From Nocardioidaceae bacterium (GTDB taxonomy: Bacteria; Actinomycetota; Actinomycetes; Propionibacteriales; Nocardioidaceae), in contig DASTPU010000228.1 of NCBI GenBank assembly GCA_035762105.1, positions 6,806 to 70,805 of the forward strand: DNA of 64,000 nucleotides, given 5' to 3'. A program made the translations under genes and the position numbers. Under the pieces are notes generated by a model that saw only the letters and a list, made by a program, of their open reading frames with translations, was not told where the DNA came from and did no database searches. This document shows, one piece after another, positions 33,197-44,922 of this stretch. Within the stretch, counting starts at the first letter, position 1; the number at the start of each line of letters is the position of its first letter.

Positions 33197-34101
33197 CGCA
33201 CGACCTCCTCCGCCTCGACGTGCTCGCCGAACTGCCGCAGGAACAGCTCTTCCAGGGTCGGCGGGTGGCTCACCAGGGAGGTGATCCGCAGCGGGACGAG
33301 GTAGTCCATCGCCTCGTCGAGGTGGTCGGTGTCGACGTCGAAGGCGACCCGGCCGTCCTCGTGCACCACGTTGGCGACACCCGGCACGAGCCCGATCCGG
33401 TCCGATGGCCGCTCGGTCTCGACGACGACCGTCGTGCGGGTCAGGTGACGCAGCTCCTTGAGCGTCCCGCTCTGGACGACGCGGCCGGCGCGGATGATGC
33501 TCACGCGGTCCGACAACGCCTCCGCCTCCGCGAGGATGTGGCTGGACAGCAGCACGGTCGCGCCGTGGGCGCGCAGCTCTCCGATGGACAGCTTGAACGC
33601 CGCCTCCATGATCGGGTCCAGCCCGGAGGTCGGCTCGTCGAGGAGGTACAGCTCCACGTCCGAGGCCAGCGCCGCCACCAGCGCCACCTTCTGCCGGTTC
33701 CCCTTGGAGTAGCTGCGGGTCTTCTTCGTCGGATCCAGGTCGAACCGTTCGAGCAGCTCGGCGCGGCGCTTCCTGTCGATGCCGCCGCGCAGCCTGGCCA
33801 GCAGGTCGATCACCTCGCCACCGGTGAGGTTCGGCCACAGCGCCACCTCGCCCGGAACGTAGGCGAGCCGCTTGTGCAGCGACGCGGCCTCGTGCCACGG
33901 GTCACCGCCGAGCAGCGTCACCTCGCCCCGGTCCGCACGAAGCAGACCGAGGAGGATCCGGATCGTGGTCGACTTACCCGAGCCGTTGGGCCCGAGGAAG
34001 CCATGCACCTCGCCTGTGCGCACCTCGAGGTCGAGGCCGTCCAGGGCGACCGTCGTACCGAACGTCTTGACCAAGCCCGAGACAGAGATCGCAGTGCTCA
34101 T
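33193..34101 (-). CDS. ABC transporter ATP-binding protein
   Basis: [30 protein letters not shown]. Confidence 0.93.
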   Translation of the reverse strand: MSTAISVSGLVKTFGTTVALDGLDLEVRTGEVHGFLGPNGSGKSTTIRILLGLLRADRGEVTLLGGDPWHEAASLHKRLAYVPGEVALWPNLTGGEVIDLLARLRGGIDRKRRAELLERFDLDPTKKTRSYSKGNRQKVALVAALASDVELYLLDEPTSGLDPIMEAAFKLSIGELRAHGATVLLSSHILAEAEALSDRVSIIRAGRVVQSGTLKELRHLTRTTVVVETERPSDRIGLVPGVANVVHEDGRVAFDVDTDHLDEAMDYLVPLRITSLVSHPPTLEELFLRQFGEHVEAEEVVR

Positions 34102-34141
34102 GCCTCCACTTTGTCACCGGCGGAGGCCGACCGTCAGGGAC

Positions 34142-35611
34142 TTATGCCCCGACGATCTGCTTGATGGGGTCGATCGCGAAGTAGATGACGAAGAGGATCG
34201 CGACGACCCACATCAACGGGTGGATCTCACGGGCCTTGCCGCGCACCGCCTTCACCAGCACGTAGGTGACGAAGCCGGCGCCGATGCCCGCGGAGATCGA
34301 GTACGTGAACGGCATCAACGCGATCGTCAGGAAGGCCGGGATCGCGATCTCGACGTCGTCCCACTCGATGTTCTTGACCTGCTGCATCATCAGGAAGCCG
34401 ACCAGCACCAGCGCCGGCACTGCCGCCTCGTTCGGGATGATCTCGACCAGTGGCGCGAAGATCGTCGCGAGCAGGAAGAGCACGCCGGTCACCACGCTGG
34501 CGAGTCCGGTCCGCGCGCCCTCGGCGACACCGGACGCGGACTCGATGTACGAGGTATTGCTGGAGATGCCGGCCGCGCCCCCGGCCGCGGCGGCGAGGGA
34601 GTCGACGACCAGGATCCGCTCGGTGTGCGGCGGCTTGCCCTCGTCGTCGAGGAGGCCCGCCTCCGCACCGATCGCGGTCATCGTGCCCATCGTGTCGAAG
34701 AAGTCGGCGAGCAGCAGGGTGAAGATGAACAGAGCGGCGGTCACGAAACCGACGGACTCGAACGAGCCGAGCAACGAGAACTCCCCCAGCGTCGGGAAGC
34801 TCGGCACGTCGATCACGTTGTCCGGGATCGCGGGGACGTTGAGGTTCCAGCCGCGCGGGTTGAAGTCGTCGCCGCTCACCATCGGGCCGATCTGGGCGAT
34901 CGCCTCGACGATGATGGCGATGACCGTGGTGATCGCGATCGCGATCAGGATCGCGCCCTTCACCTGCCGGACGTAGAGCGTGACCATCAGGACGAAGCCG
35001 ATCACGAACACCAGCACCGGCCAGCCGACGAGGGTGCCCTGGGAGCCCAGCTCGACGGGCACCGGTCCAGCGCCGGTACGGCGGACGAACCCGGCGTCCA
35101 CGAGACCGATCAGCGCGATGAACAGGCCGATGCCGACGCTGATCGCGACCTTGAGCTGGGACGGCACGGCGTGGAACACCGCGGTGCGGAAGCCGGTCAG
35201 CACCAGGATCAGGATGATCAGGCCCTCGATCACCACCAGGCCCATCGCGTCGGCCCAGGTCATGCCCGAGGCGATCGAGTAGGCCACGAAGGCGTTGAGG
35301 CCGAGGCCGGTGGCGAGCGCGAGCGGGAAGTTGGCGGCGACGCCCATGAGGATCGTCAGCAGGCCGGCCACGAGCGCGGTCGTGGCGGCGATGCCTGCGA
35401 AGTCACCGCCTGCCAGCAGGTTGCCGTCCGCGTCCTCGGCACCGAGCAGGATGATCGGGTTCAGCACGATGATGTAGGCCATCGTGAAGAAGGTCACGAG
35501 GCCACCACGCACCTCCTGCCCGATCGTCGAGCCCCTCTCGGAGATCCGGAAGTACCTGTCGACGAAGCCGCCCTGTCCAGGGCTGCGCTCGGCGCTCTTG
35601 ATCTTGTCCAC
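34142..35611 (-). CDS. NCS2 family nucleobase permease (AzgA/PbuG-like)
   Basis: GLVTFFTMAYIIVLNP, GLGLNAF, FFDTMGT, YIESASGV, RTGL. Confidence 0.92.
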   Translation of the reverse strand: MDKIKSAERSPGQGGFVDRYFRISERGSTIGQEVRGGLVTFFTMAYIIVLNPIILLGAEDADGNLLAGGDFAGIAATTALVAGLLTILMGVAANFPLALATGLGLNAFVAYSIASGMTWADAMGLVVIEGLIILILVLTGFRTAVFHAVPSQLKVAISVGIGLFIALIGLVDAGFVRRTGAGPVPVELGSQGTLVGWPVLVFVIGFVLMVTLYVRQVKGAILIAIAITTVIAIIVEAIAQIGPMVSGDDFNPRGWNLNVPAIPDNVIDVPSFPTLGEFSLLGSFESVGFVTAALFIFTLLLADFFDTMGTMTAIGAEAGLLDDEGKPPHTERILVVDSLAAAAGGAAGISSNTSYIESASGVAEGARTGLASVVTGVLFLLATIFAPLVEIIPNEAAVPALVLVGFLMMQQVKNIEWDDVEIAIPAFLTIALMPFTYSISAGIGAGFVTYVLVKAVRGKAREIHPLMWVVAILFVIYFAIDPIKQIVGA

Positions 35612-35748
35612 GTGAGTCCCTCGAGGAGTGATGTGCCGACCGGGGTCTTGGGGGCCGTACCGTCCGAGAAGCCGCGCCCGGGGGCAAATCCTGCCAGAGC
35701 CTGGTCCGGCCGCGCCGACCGGCTCTGTGCATCGACTAGGTTGGAGAC

Positions 35749-36078
35749 GTGGAGGAGGAGCGGAGCCAGGGCGTCCCCGGGAAGGGAGGCGTCGAGAACG
35801 TGCAGGTGCACGAGATCGGCAAGCGACGGTACATCGTCGCCGACGTCGAGCCCCTCGACGTGGACGGTGTGCGCACGGTGGCGGTCGGCACCGCGCTGTG
35901 GGCCCTCGCCTTCGTGCTGCTGCTGCCCTTCTACGGCCGCCTCGAGGAGGAGGGCCGGCTGTGGTGGCTGTGGACCTGTGCCGCCGGCTTCGGGCTCGGC
36001 ATCATCGGGTGGGACTACTGCCGCCGGCGCCGGCGTCAGTCACAGGCGCTGCGGCAGGCGGTCCGCGGCCACAAGTGA
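35749..36078 (+). CDS. DUF2530 family membrane protein
   Basis: VAVGTALW, WLWTCAAGFGLG; TAGGTT -10 box 6 nt upstream. Confidence 0.8.
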   Translation: MEEERSQGVPGKGGVENVQVHEIGKRRYIVADVEPLDVDGVRTVAVGTALWALAFVLLLPFYGRLEEEGRLWWLWTCAAGFGLGIIGWDYCRRRRRQSQALRQAVRGHK

Positions 36079-36098
36079 GCCGCGCAGGACCGCTTCCG

Positions 36099-36866
36099 TC
36101 AGAACGTCTCGAGGTCGTCCCAGGTCAGCGTGTCCAGCACCGGCTCCGGAAGCGGAGCGGGGAGGTTCCGCTTGTGCAGCCGCGCTTCGCTGTGCGCGCC
36201 GCACCCGTGGTCGAAGGAGACCACCCGGCCGTCGTCGTTGGCGAAGGCGTTGGCGCAGACCCCGAAGATCTGTGACAGGGGCCCGGCGAGCCGCACCAGG
36301 AAGCCGCAGCTGCCGCAGTTCGCGGGAGCCGACTGCGCGATGGCAGCCTCCGGACCGTGGCTGCCGTCGTACCAGCGCTGGGCGGCGAGGTCGCGCCCCT
36401 CGAGCGAGAGCACCCGTGACCGGCCGAGGCCGACCTCGTCGGTGACGTCCTTGAGCGTGTCCTCGTCGACGAGCTCGTCGTCGGCGAGGTACCCGGGCAC
36501 CAGCCGCGGGTCGTCCTCCTCCACGGGGAGGATGTCGCCGGGGCTGAGGTCGCCGGGCTGGATCCGCTCACGCCACGGCACCCACGCCGGCGCGACCAGT
36601 GCCTCCTCGCCGGGGAGCAGCACCACCTCGTCGACCGTGACCTGCTTCTGCCGTGCCGCACGGGCCACGGTGACCGACCAGCGCCACCCGCGGTAGCCCA
36701 CGCGCGTGCACTCGAAGTAGTGGGTGGTGACGCGCTCGTCCTCGCTGGCGTAGCCGAGGTGCTCCCCCACGTCGCTCTCGTCGACGAGCTCGAGGAGGGC
36801 GTCGCGCGCGACGTCGACAGCCCGCACACCAACGGTGTCGGGCTTGTGGGTCCGAGCGGCTGCCAT
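36099..36866 (-). CDS. DUF3027 family protein
   Basis: GYRGWRWSVT, PAWVPWRERI, CGSCGF, FGVCAN, DHGCGAHSE. Confidence 0.88.
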   Translation of the reverse strand: MAAARTHKPDTVGVRAVDVARDALLELVDESDVGEHLGYASEDERVTTHYFECTRVGYRGWRWSVTVARAARQKQVTVDEVVLLPGEEALVAPAWVPWRERIQPGDLSPGDILPVEEDDPRLVPGYLADDELVDEDTLKDVTDEVGLGRSRVLSLEGRDLAAQRWYDGSHGPEAAIAQSAPANCGSCGFLVRLAGPLSQIFGVCANAFANDDGRVVSFDHGCGAHSEARLHKRNLPAPLPEPVLDTLTWDDLETF

Positions 36867-36948
36867 CACCTCGCGATTGTCTCCCATGCGGGCAAGCCGT
36901 GTCTCGTCGGGTGCCACATTCCCGCGCGTCGCCGGGCAGGATGGGGGC

Positions 36949-38292
36949 ATGGCGCGGGAGCAGGTGGGCGGAGCCGGGCGCGAACGCGTGCGTGCCGTCG
37001 GCCACGCCGCTCGGCGCGCCGGCGCCGCGACCGGACGAGCCGCGAACTACACCTACCGCCAGGCCCGCCGGGCCACCCGTGCCGAGGGCGCCGGCGACAC
37101 CGGGTTGTACCGGCTGATCGAGCTGCACGCCTTCAACGCCGCCGGTGACGCCGCGGTCGCGGTCTCCCTCGCCGGCACGCTGTTCTTCCAGGTGCCCACC
37201 GGCGAGGCCCGGCTCCAGGTCGCGCAGTTCCTCGCGCTGACGATGCTGCCGTTCGCGATCGTCGCGCCGCTGGTCGGACCGTTCCTCGACCGGTTCAGCC
37301 ACGGCCGCCGTTGGGCGATCGGCGGCACGATGGCCCTGCGCGCGTTCCTCGCCTGGGTCCTCGCCGACGCCGTCCTCACCGGGTCGGTCGCTCTCTTCCC
37401 CGCGGCGCTCGGGGTGCTCGTGGCGTCCAAGGCGTACGGCGTGACGCGCGCGGCCGCCGTACCCCGCCTGCTTCCCGACCGCCTCACGCTGGTCAAGGCC
37501 AACTCCCGGATCTCGCTGGCCGGAGTGGCCGGGGCCACCGTCTCCGCACCGATCGCGGTGCTCGCCTCGTCGTTCGGACCGCAGTGGTCGCTGCGCTACG
37601 CGTTCCTGGTCTTCGTGGGCGCCACGATCCTCGCGATCCTGCTGCCGGCGCGGGTGGACTCCTCCCACGGCGAGGAGCAGCTCACGCTGACCACGGTGGC
37701 CGGCGGCAACCGCGGCCGGCGTCGGATCCGCGCGCGGGTGTCCCACGACGTGGTGGTGGCCCTGCGGAGCAACGCGGGGCTCCGCCTGCTGTCGGGGTTC
37801 CTCACGATGTACATGGCCTTCCTGCTGCGCGACATGCCGTTCCCGGGCTGGGAGGACCGGCCTGAGCTGCTCCTCGGGCTCGTGATCGGCGCCGCGGGGC
37901 TGGGCAGCACGCTCGGCGTCGCGGCCGGCTCGTTGCTGAGGTCGGTGAAGCCGGAGGTCACGGTCGTGGTGACGCTGCTCGCGGATGCGCTGATGGCGGT
38001 GCTCGCCGCGGCCTTCTACGGGCTGCCGACCGCCGTGCTCCTCGGCCTGACCGCAGGCCTCGCGCAGTCACTGGGCAAGCTCTCGCTCGACGCGCTGATC
38101 CAGCGCGACGTGCCCGAGCGGACCCGCACCAGCGCGTTCGCCCGCTCGGAGACCTTGCTCCAGCTGTCGTGGGTGGTCGGCGGGTTCATCGGCATCGCGC
38201 TCCCGCTGGTCCCGGAGCTCGGGCTCGGCGTCGCTGCCGGGATCCTCGTGCTGTGGAGCGGGGTCGTGCTCCGGACCCGGAGGGGGGCCTGA
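36949..38292 (+). CDS. MFS transporter (Rv0876c-like)
   Basis: AGDAAVAVSLAGTLFF, GPFLDR, SKAYGV, AFARSETLLQ; divergent from DUF3027. Confidence 0.85.
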   Translation: MAREQVGGAGRERVRAVGHAARRAGAATGRAANYTYRQARRATRAEGAGDTGLYRLIELHAFNAAGDAAVAVSLAGTLFFQVPTGEARLQVAQFLALTMLPFAIVAPLVGPFLDRFSHGRRWAIGGTMALRAFLAWVLADAVLTGSVALFPAALGVLVASKAYGVTRAAAVPRLLPDRLTLVKANSRISLAGVAGATVSAPIAVLASSFGPQWSLRYAFLVFVGATILAILLPARVDSSHGEEQLTLTTVAGGNRGRRRIRARVSHDVVVALRSNAGLRLLSGFLTMYMAFLLRDMPFPGWEDRPELLLGLVIGAAGLGSTLGVAAGSLLRSVKPEVTVVVTLLADALMAVLAAAFYGLPTAVLLGLTAGLAQSLGKLSLDALIQRDVPERTRTSAFARSETLLQLSWVVGGFIGIALPLVPELGLGVAAGILVLWSGVVLRTRRGA

Positions 38293-38296
38293 CCCG

Positions 38297-38680
38297 TCAG
38301 AGCTCGAGCTCGTCGGCGAGCGCCCGCAGCAGCATCGCGGTCCGCTGGGCTGTCTTCGGGTCGGGGTGCCGGTTGTTGCGGTAGTTCTTCTCGAGGTTCT
38401 CGAGCAGGCGGTACAGGTCCTCGACGATCACGACCATGTCCGCGGGCTTCTTGCGCAACGCCTTCGACACCGACTGGGTCGGCTCGAGCAGCCGCACCTG
38501 CAGCGCCTGGTCACCCTTGCGACCCTGCACGATGCCGAACTCCACCCGGGCACCGGCCTTGAGCGTCGTGACGCCCGCCGGCAGCGCCGCGGCGCGCACG
38601 TAGACGTCCCCGCCCTCGTCCTTGGACAGGAAGCCGAAGCCCTTCTCGGCGTCGTACCACTTGACCTTGCCAGTAGGCAC
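38297..38680 (-). CDS. Cold-shock domain protein with C-terminal extension
   Basis: GKVKWYDAEKGFGF RNP1 motif plus C-terminal helical tail. Confidence 0.9.
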   Translation of the reverse strand: MPTGKVKWYDAEKGFGFLSKDEGGDVYVRAAALPAGVTTLKAGARVEFGIVQGRKGDQALQVRLLEPTQSVSKALRKKPADMVVIVEDLYRLLENLEKNYRNNRHPDPKTAQRTAMLLRALADELEL

Positions 38681-38899
38681 CGGATGACCTCTTCTTCCAC
38701 TCGTGTGCGTGCGGGCGTACGGCCCGGCTCCCAGGATATGGCGGCACCGAAGCCGCCGACGACCGGGTAACGGAACGCACAGAACGGCACCGTATGGACG
38801 GTTTCGATTGAATCGGGCCCATCCGCCTGCGACCATGGATTGTTCTGGTCGACGGAGGGCGGCCGGGGCAGCCAACGATGCCATCCGGAGAGGGGACCT

Positions 38900-41671
38900 G
38901 TGAGCACGTCCGCGCGCGCCCGCAAGGCGCCCACCCTCCTCGCCGCGGCCCTCCTCGCGGTCCCCGCCACGACGGCCGCGGCCGCTGCGGTCCCGACCCC
39001 GGTCGAGGTCGCCTCCCCCGGGTTGTACATCGTCGCCCTCGAGCGGCCCGACGCCGGAGGCAGGGCCACGGCGCTCCGCGCCGCCCAGGACGATCTCCTC
39101 GCCGAGGTCGGAGGCCCCGAGGTCCTCTACCGGTACACCTCCGCCCTCAACGGCTTCGCCGCCGAGCTCAGCCGCGACCAGGTCAAGCAGCTGCGCTCGC
39201 ACCCCGACGTGGTGCTGGTCGAGCGGAGCACCACCCAGCGCACCGACTCCGTCGACTCCCCCGAGTTCCTCGGCGCCGACCAGGCCTGGGCCGCGGCGGG
39301 TGGTCCCGAGGACGCCGGGCGGGGCACGGTCGTGGGCGTCGTCGACAGCGGCATCTGGCCCGAGAACCCCAGCTTCTCCGCGCTGCCCGACGCGAGCCTC
39401 ACCGGGCCGGGGGGCTTCAGCGGAGAGTGCGAGACCGGCGAGCAGTGGGACGAGTCCGACTGCAACAGCAAGGTGGTCTCGGCCCGCTACTTCGTGAAGG
39501 GCTTCGGCGAGGAGGACCTCGCCGCGTCCGAGTTCCTCTCACCGCGCGACGGCACAGGCCACGGCTCCCACGTCGCCGCCGTCGCGGCCGGGAACCACGG
39601 CGTCGAGGTCGCGGTCGAGGGCCAGGAGTTCGGGGAGGCCTCCGGCATGGCCCCGGCGGCACGCATCGCGTCGTACAAGGCCTGCTGGGCCGCGCCCGAC
39701 CCCGCCGACGACGGCTGCGCCACCGCCGACACCGTCGCCGCGATCGACCAGGCCGTGACCGACGGCGTCGACGTCCTCAGCTACGCCGTGTCCGGCGCCT
39801 CGACCTCCGGGCCGGACGCCGTCGAGCTGGCCTTCCTGAACGCGACCGCGGCCGGTGTGTTCGTCGCGACCTCCGCGGGCAACCGCGGGCCCGGCGAGTC
39901 CACCGTCGCGCACACCAGCCCCTGGGTGACCACGGTCGGCGCGACCACCCACCGCAGCTCGCAGGGTGCTCTCGTGCTCGACGGCGACGACGAGTTCGTC
40001 GGCGCGATGATCTCCGACGAGCCGGTGCCCGAGACCGGCATCGTGCTCGCCGGCAGCGCGGCCACCGCGACCAGCAGCGCCGAGGACGCCCGCCTGTGCA
40101 AGCCCGGCACCCTCGACGCCGACGTCGTGCAGGACCAGGTCGTCGTCTGCGACCGCGGCATCGTCGCCCGCGTCGAGAAGTCTGCGGCGGTCGCCCAGGC
40201 CGGCGGCGCCGCGATGGTTCTCGCGAACGTCCGCCCGGACACCGTCGACTCCGACTTCCACGCCGTGCCGACGGTGCACGTCGACGTCGCCGCCGCCGAG
40301 GCGATCAAGCGCCACGTCCGTGAGACCGTGGACCCGCGGGCAGCGATCGACCCGACCGGGTCCGACGACACCCCCGTGCCCCAGGTCGCCCACTTCTCCT
40401 CCCGAGGTCCCGCCGAGGGCGACGCCGCCGGCGTGCTGAAGCCCGACCTGACCGCTCCGGGAGTCGGTGTCCTCTCCGCCGTGGCGCCGCCCTCGAACGG
40501 CGGCCGGCTGTGGGGCCAGCTCTCGGGTACGTCGATGAGCACCGCCCACGTCGCGGGTCTGGGCGCACTGGTGATGGGCGAGCGTCCGGGCTGGACGCCG
40601 GCGATGGTGAAGTCGGCGATGTCCACGACGGCCGACGACGTCGAGGGGGTCAGCGGCCCGCGGTCCGAGGGCGCCGGACAGGTCGACGCCGCCGAGGTCC
40701 TCGAGCCCGGCCTGGTCCTCGACGCCCCCGTCCGGCGGTTCCGGGACTGGCTCGCCGGCCGGGTCGAGACCCGCAACCTGAACCTCCCCTCCGTCGCGGT
40801 CGACGACCTGACCGGCACCGGCCGGGTGGTCCGCCGGGTGACCAACGTGTCCGGGCGCAGCGAGAGCTACTCGGTCGCGGTCACCGGCCTCGACGGCCTC
40901 GGTGTCCGGGTGCGGCCCGGCACGCTCACCCTCGCTCCCGGCGAGACCAGGCGGTTCGTCGTACTCGTCGACCGCGGGAGCGCACAGCTCGAGACCGCGG
41001 CACAGGGCCACCTCGTGTGGACCGGGCTACGCCACCAGGTGAGGCTCCCGGTGGTGGTGACGCCGAGGACGCTGTCGGCGCCCCCCGAGGCGGCCGGCTC
41101 CGGCGCGTCGGGCTCGGTGTCGTTCGAGGCACTCTCCGGGACCGACGGGCAGATCGACCTGTCGGTCACCGGCCTGGCCGGCGCCACCCCCGTGGGCCTG
41201 ACGCTCGAGCCCGGCGACTTCGACCCGACGGCGCCCCAGGCCGACGCCGACACCGCGATGTTCCCCGTCGAGGTCCCCTCCGGCACCGCCGTGCTGCGGC
41301 TCGAGCTGGAGGGCCGCGACAGCGACGACCTCGACCTCCACCTGTACCGCGAGGGCGAGCTCGTCGCCTCGGCCACCGGCAGCGGGGCCGACGAGATCCT
41401 CACCGAGGTGGAGCCCGCCTCGGGCGACTACGAGCTCTACGTGACCTCCGCAGTGGCCGCGAACGGCTCCACCACGACCGCCCAGCTCTACACGTGGGTG
41501 GTCCGCGACAAGGACGCCGACAACCTCACAGTCGCCCAGAGCGTCCCGGTGACCGCCGGGGAGCCGTTCCCCGTCGACCTCTCGTGGCAGGGTCTGGACC
41601 CGACGAGCCGGTGGTTCGGCGCGGTGCACTACGCAGGGTCGGAGGAGCACACCTTCGTCACGGTCAACTAG
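38900..41671 (+). CDS. Secreted S8 subtilisin-like serine peptidase (I9 propeptide, PA domain, C-terminal beta domains)
   Basis: Signal peptide; [30 protein letters not shown]. Confidence 0.92.
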   Translation: MSTSARARKAPTLLAAALLAVPATTAAAAAVPTPVEVASPGLYIVALERPDAGGRATALRAAQDDLLAEVGGPEVLYRYTSALNGFAAELSRDQVKQLRSHPDVVLVERSTTQRTDSVDSPEFLGADQAWAAAGGPEDAGRGTVVGVVDSGIWPENPSFSALPDASLTGPGGFSGECETGEQWDESDCNSKVVSARYFVKGFGEEDLAASEFLSPRDGTGHGSHVAAVAAGNHGVEVAVEGQEFGEASGMAPAARIASYKACWAAPDPADDGCATADTVAAIDQAVTDGVDVLSYAVSGASTSGPDAVELAFLNATAAGVFVATSAGNRGPGESTVAHTSPWVTTVGATTHRSSQGALVLDGDDEFVGAMISDEPVPETGIVLAGSAATATSSAEDARLCKPGTLDADVVQDQVVVCDRGIVARVEKSAAVAQAGGAAMVLANVRPDTVDSDFHAVPTVHVDVAAAEAIKRHVRETVDPRAAIDPTGSDDTPVPQVAHFSSRGPAEGDAAGVLKPDLTAPGVGVLSAVAPPSNGGRLWGQLSGTSMSTAHVAGLGALVMGERPGWTPAMVKSAMSTTADDVEGVSGPRSEGAGQVDAAEVLEPGLVLDAPVRRFRDWLAGRVETRNLNLPSVAVDDLTGTGRVVRRVTNVSGRSESYSVAVTGLDGLGVRVRPGTLTLAPGETRRFVVLVDRGSAQLETAAQGHLVWTGLRHQVRLPVVVTPRTLSAPPEAAGSGASGSVSFEALSGTDGQIDLSVTGLAGATPVGLTLEPGDFDPTAPQADADTAMFPVEVPSGTAVLRLELEGRDSDDLDLHLYREGELVASATGSGADEILTEVEPASGDYELYVTSAVAANGSTTTAQLYTWVVRDKDADNLTVAQSVPVTAGEPFPVDLSWQGLDPTSRWFGAVHYAGSEEHTFVTVN

Positions 41672-43293
41672 AGACCCAGGCGCCGCGCGGCCTCCTCGCG
41701 CATCTCGACCTTGCGGATCTTGCCGGTGACGGTCATCGGGAACTCGTCGACGACCATGACGTAGCGCGGGATCTTGTAGTGCGCGAGCTTGCCGGTGGCG
41801 AACTCGCGCACCTTCGCGGCGTCGAGCGGCCGTCGCTGACCAGTGCCGTCGTCCTTCATCTTGACCCACGCGCACAGCTCCTCGCCGTACTTCTCATCGG
41901 GTACGCCGATCACCTGCACGTCCTCGATGTCGGGGTGGCTGTAGAGGAACTCCTCGATCTCCCGCGGGTAGATGTTCTCGCCTCCCCGGATCACCATGTC
42001 CTTGATCCTCCCGACGATGTTGCAGTAGCCGTCCTCGCGCATGACCGCGAGGTCGCCCGTGTGCATCCACCCGTCCTCGTCGATCGCCTCGTCCGTCTTG
42101 TCGGGGTCGTTCCAGTAGCCCAGCATGACCGAGTAGCCGCGGGTGCAGAGCTCCCCCGGCTCACCGCGCTCGACCGTCTCGCCGGTCACCGGGTCCACGA
42201 TCTTGACCTCGACGTGCGGGTGGACGCGGCCGATGGTGGCGGTACGACGGTCGAGGTCGTCGTCGCTGCGGGTCTGGCACGACACCGGCGAGGTCTCGGT
42301 CATGCCGTAGGCGATGGAGACGCCCTCCATGTGCATGTCCTCGATGCAGCGCTTCATCACCCCGACCGGGCAGATGGAGCCGGCCATCACCCCAGTGCGC
42401 AAGGTGGAGAGGTCGTAGGAGGCGAAGTCGGGCAGGTTCTGCATGGCGATGAACATCGTCGGTACGCCGTAGAGCCCGGTGCACCGCTCCTCGGCGACCG
42501 TCCTCAGCGTCACCGCCGGGTCGAAGCCTGGCGCCGGGATCACCATGGTCGCGCCGTGCGTGGTGCAGCCGAGGTTTCCCATGACCATGCCGAAGCAGTG
42601 GTAGAAGGGCACCGGGATGCACAGCCGGTCCTCGTGCGTGAACCCGATGGTCTCGGTCGTGAAGAACCCGTTGTTGAGGATGTTGCGGTGAGACAGCGTG
42701 GCTCCCTTGGGGAAGCCCGTCGTGCCCGACGTGTACTGGATGTTGATCGGGTCGTCGTTGGAGAGCGTCGCCATGCGCTCGGCGACGGCGTCCTCGGGGA
42801 GGCCGTCCCCCTCGCGCAGCAGGGCGTCCCAGTCCGTCGTTCCGATGAAGACCACGCGCTCGAGGGCGTGAGTGTCGGGCCGAACCTCGTCGACCATCGC
42901 GCGGTAGTCGCTGGTCTTGAACTCGGTGGCCGAGACAAGCATGCGCAGGCCGGACTGGTTGAGCGCGTAGGCCAGCTCGTGAGTTCGGTAGGACGGGTTG
43001 ACGTTGACCAGGATCGCGCCGATCTTCGCGGTGGCGTACTGCACCAGCGTCCACTCGGCGCAGTTGGGGGCCCAGACCCCGACCCTGTCCCCCTTCTGGA
43101 TCCCCGCGCCGATCAGCCCGCGAGCGAGGGTGTCGACGTCCCGGTCCAGCTCGGCATAGGTCCACCTCCTGCCGCCGGCGACGTCGACCAGGGCCTCCCG
43201 GTCGGCGTGCTCGCGCGCGATGCGCTCGAAGTTCTCGCCGATCGTCTCCTCGATCAGCGGGGGCGTGGTCTCTCCAGCGGCAAAGGACTCCAT
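41668..43293 (-). CDS. AMP-binding acyl-CoA synthetase
   Basis: [45 protein letters not shown]. Confidence 0.93.
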   Translation of the reverse strand: MESFAAGETTPPLIEETIGENFERIAREHADREALVDVAGGRRWTYAELDRDVDTLARGLIGAGIQKGDRVGVWAPNCAEWTLVQYATAKIGAILVNVNPSYRTHELAYALNQSGLRMLVSATEFKTSDYRAMVDEVRPDTHALERVVFIGTTDWDALLREGDGLPEDAVAERMATLSNDDPINIQYTSGTTGFPKGATLSHRNILNNGFFTTETIGFTHEDRLCIPVPFYHCFGMVMGNLGCTTHGATMVIPAPGFDPAVTLRTVAEERCTGLYGVPTMFIAMQNLPDFASYDLSTLRTGVMAGSICPVGVMKRCIEDMHMEGVSIAYGMTETSPVSCQTRSDDDLDRRTATIGRVHPHVEVKIVDPVTGETVERGEPGELCTRGYSVMLGYWNDPDKTDEAIDEDGWMHTGDLAVMREDGYCNIVGRIKDMVIRGGENIYPREIEEFLYSHPDIEDVQVIGVPDEKYGEELCAWVKMKDDGTGQRRPLDAAKVREFATGKLAHYKIPRYVMVVDEFPMTVTGKIRKVEMREEAARRLGL

Positions 43294-43600
43294 GCCGGGC
43301 ACGGTAGTGAGCGACGGCACGGACCGCCAACCTGCCCGCCCGGTTTCGTCCGAGTTGCGTAGTCGGCATCCTCACAACGGCGTAGTGGACCCTAAGAACG
43401 TGCCCATCCAGGGTGGCTCAACCGGGCCGTTCTTCGACGTAACTAGAGCCAAACGCGAGGTTTCGACCTAGTGTCGTTCACCTGAGTTGATGAGGCGACT
43501 GCAAGACGACGGGGGTGTGGGGCCCGCGTCCGTCCGAGGCGCCGGCCGCGCCCGGTCCACGCGCGGTTAACACGGGGGTAATGAGCAACATGGGGGGCCT

Positions 43601-44272
43601 ATGTCGCTATCGGTTCAGTCTTACGCGCCCACAACGGGCGCATCGTCCGAGGAAAAGCTGCGGAAGCAGCGACTCCTCCACGACGTCCGGCAGTCACTGA
43701 CTGTCGTGATGTCCCTGGCCGCTGTGGTCGAGAAGACCCTCGACCGCGGGCCCGAGGTGCTCAAGCGCCTCGACCAGATGCGCTCAGAGGCGGAGTGGAT
43801 GACCAGGCTGGTCTCGAGTGCCGCCCCCCGAGCTGTTGACGCCCAGGTCCTCGACGTGGGGGACGTCGTTGCCGACGCCTGGTGCGCGACGGCATCGACG
43901 TGTGAGTGCGCGATCCAGCTCGTCCGGGACGCCCACGCAAGGGCACGCGTCGACCGCGACGAGCTCGAGCGTTCGGTACGCAACCTCCTCGACAACGCAG
44001 TCCGCGCGGCCGGTGACGCGGGAACGGTCGTCGTCCAGGTCCGGGTGGAGCCCGAGGAGGTCGCCATCGTCGTCCGCGACAGCGGCCCCGGCTTCGGGAA
44101 CATCCCGCCCCAGCAGGGGCTCGGTCTGCTGACCGTTCGACGGTTCGCGGCCGAGAACGCCGGCCGGCTCGACGTGGGTCAGGCTCTTCCGAACGGCGCG
44201 GAGGTGACCCTGCATCTGCCACGGGAGCAGGGTTCCACCCCTCTCCCGGCCGGGGGCGTGAGATGCGGATAG
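43601..44272 (+). CDS. Sensor-less histidine kinase (HisKA-like plus HATPase)
   Basis: LLHDVRQSL H-box, NLLDNAVRA N-box, DSGPG, GLGL; only about 25 aa precede the H-box. Confidence 0.82.
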   Translation: MSLSVQSYAPTTGASSEEKLRKQRLLHDVRQSLTVVMSLAAVVEKTLDRGPEVLKRLDQMRSEAEWMTRLVSSAAPRAVDAQVLDVGDVVADAWCATASTCECAIQLVRDAHARARVDRDELERSVRNLLDNAVRAAGDAGTVVVQVRVEPEEVAIVVRDSGPGFGNIPPQQGLGLLTVRRFAAENAGRLDVGQALPNGAEVTLHLPREQGSTPLPAGGVRCG

Positions 44273-44922
44273 TCATCTGTGACGACCACCAGCTGCTGCT
44301 GGAGGCGCTGGCCACCGCGCTTGCTCTTCAGGGGATCACCGTGGAGGCGGCGGTCGACTCGCCGGGGGACGCGGTCAAGGCCGTGGCGAGCAACGACCCG
44401 GACATCCTGCTCATCGACGTGACGTTCCCGGTCGGGTCCGGCCTGGACGCCGCACGGGAGGTGATCGCGCACCACCCTCGGACGAAGGTGGTGATGATGA
44501 CGGGCACCGAGGACGCCGAGCCCCTCAAGGAGGCACTGGGGCTCGGAGTCACGGGCTACCTCGCGAAGGACCAGCCCGTCGACGCGATCGCCCGCGCGCT
44601 CGAGCTGGCCCGGCAGGGTGGCGCCCCGATCGACAGCGCCATGCTGCGGCGGGTCCAGCGACCCGCGCCGAGGGTGCCGCGGCAGCGGACACCGGTCGAC
44701 GACCTGACCCCGCGGGAGCACCACATCCTGCGACTGCTGGTGGAGGGCATGAGCACACGCGAGATCGTGCACGTCCTCGGGGTCAGCCAGAGCACGGTGC
44801 GGACCCACGTCCAGAACATCTTCGCCAAGCTCGGGGTGCACACACGTCTGCAAGCAGTCGCGCTGCTCGATCCCGATGCCGCACCACCGGCATCCGAGGC
44901 CGGCTGTGCCACCGGTCGGTGA
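44263..44922 (+). CDS. NarL/LuxR family response regulator
   Basis: ICDDH, LLID, MMTG, YLAK; LTPRE...TVRTHVQNIFAKLG. Confidence 0.92.
   Translation: MRIVICDDHQLLLEALATALALQGITVEAAVDSPGDAVKAVASNDPDILLIDVTFPVGSGLDAAREVIAHHPRTKVVMMTGTEDAEPLKEALGLGVTGYLAKDQPVDAIARALELARQGGAPIDSAMLRRVQRPAPRVPRQRTPVDDLTPREHHILRLLVEGMSTREIVHVLGVSQSTVRTHVQNIFAKLGVHTRLQAVALLDPDAAPPASEAGCATGR

Noticed and set aside
35612-35748. Purine riboswitch upstream of the NCS2 permease
   Set aside because: Only an inverted repeat (35695-35727) is visible; I could not find the purine-aptamer core. cmscan would settle it.
33872-36445. Long ORFs such as 33872-36445, 40510-43362, 8431-10623, 13563-15887 and 50252-52402
   Set aside because: These are antisense or off-frame shadows of recognisable genes, expected at this GC content, with no motifs.
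40525-40560. GTSMSTAH variant in the S8 protease as a sign of inactivity
   Set aside because: The catalytic Asp, His, Ser and oxyanion Asn are all present.
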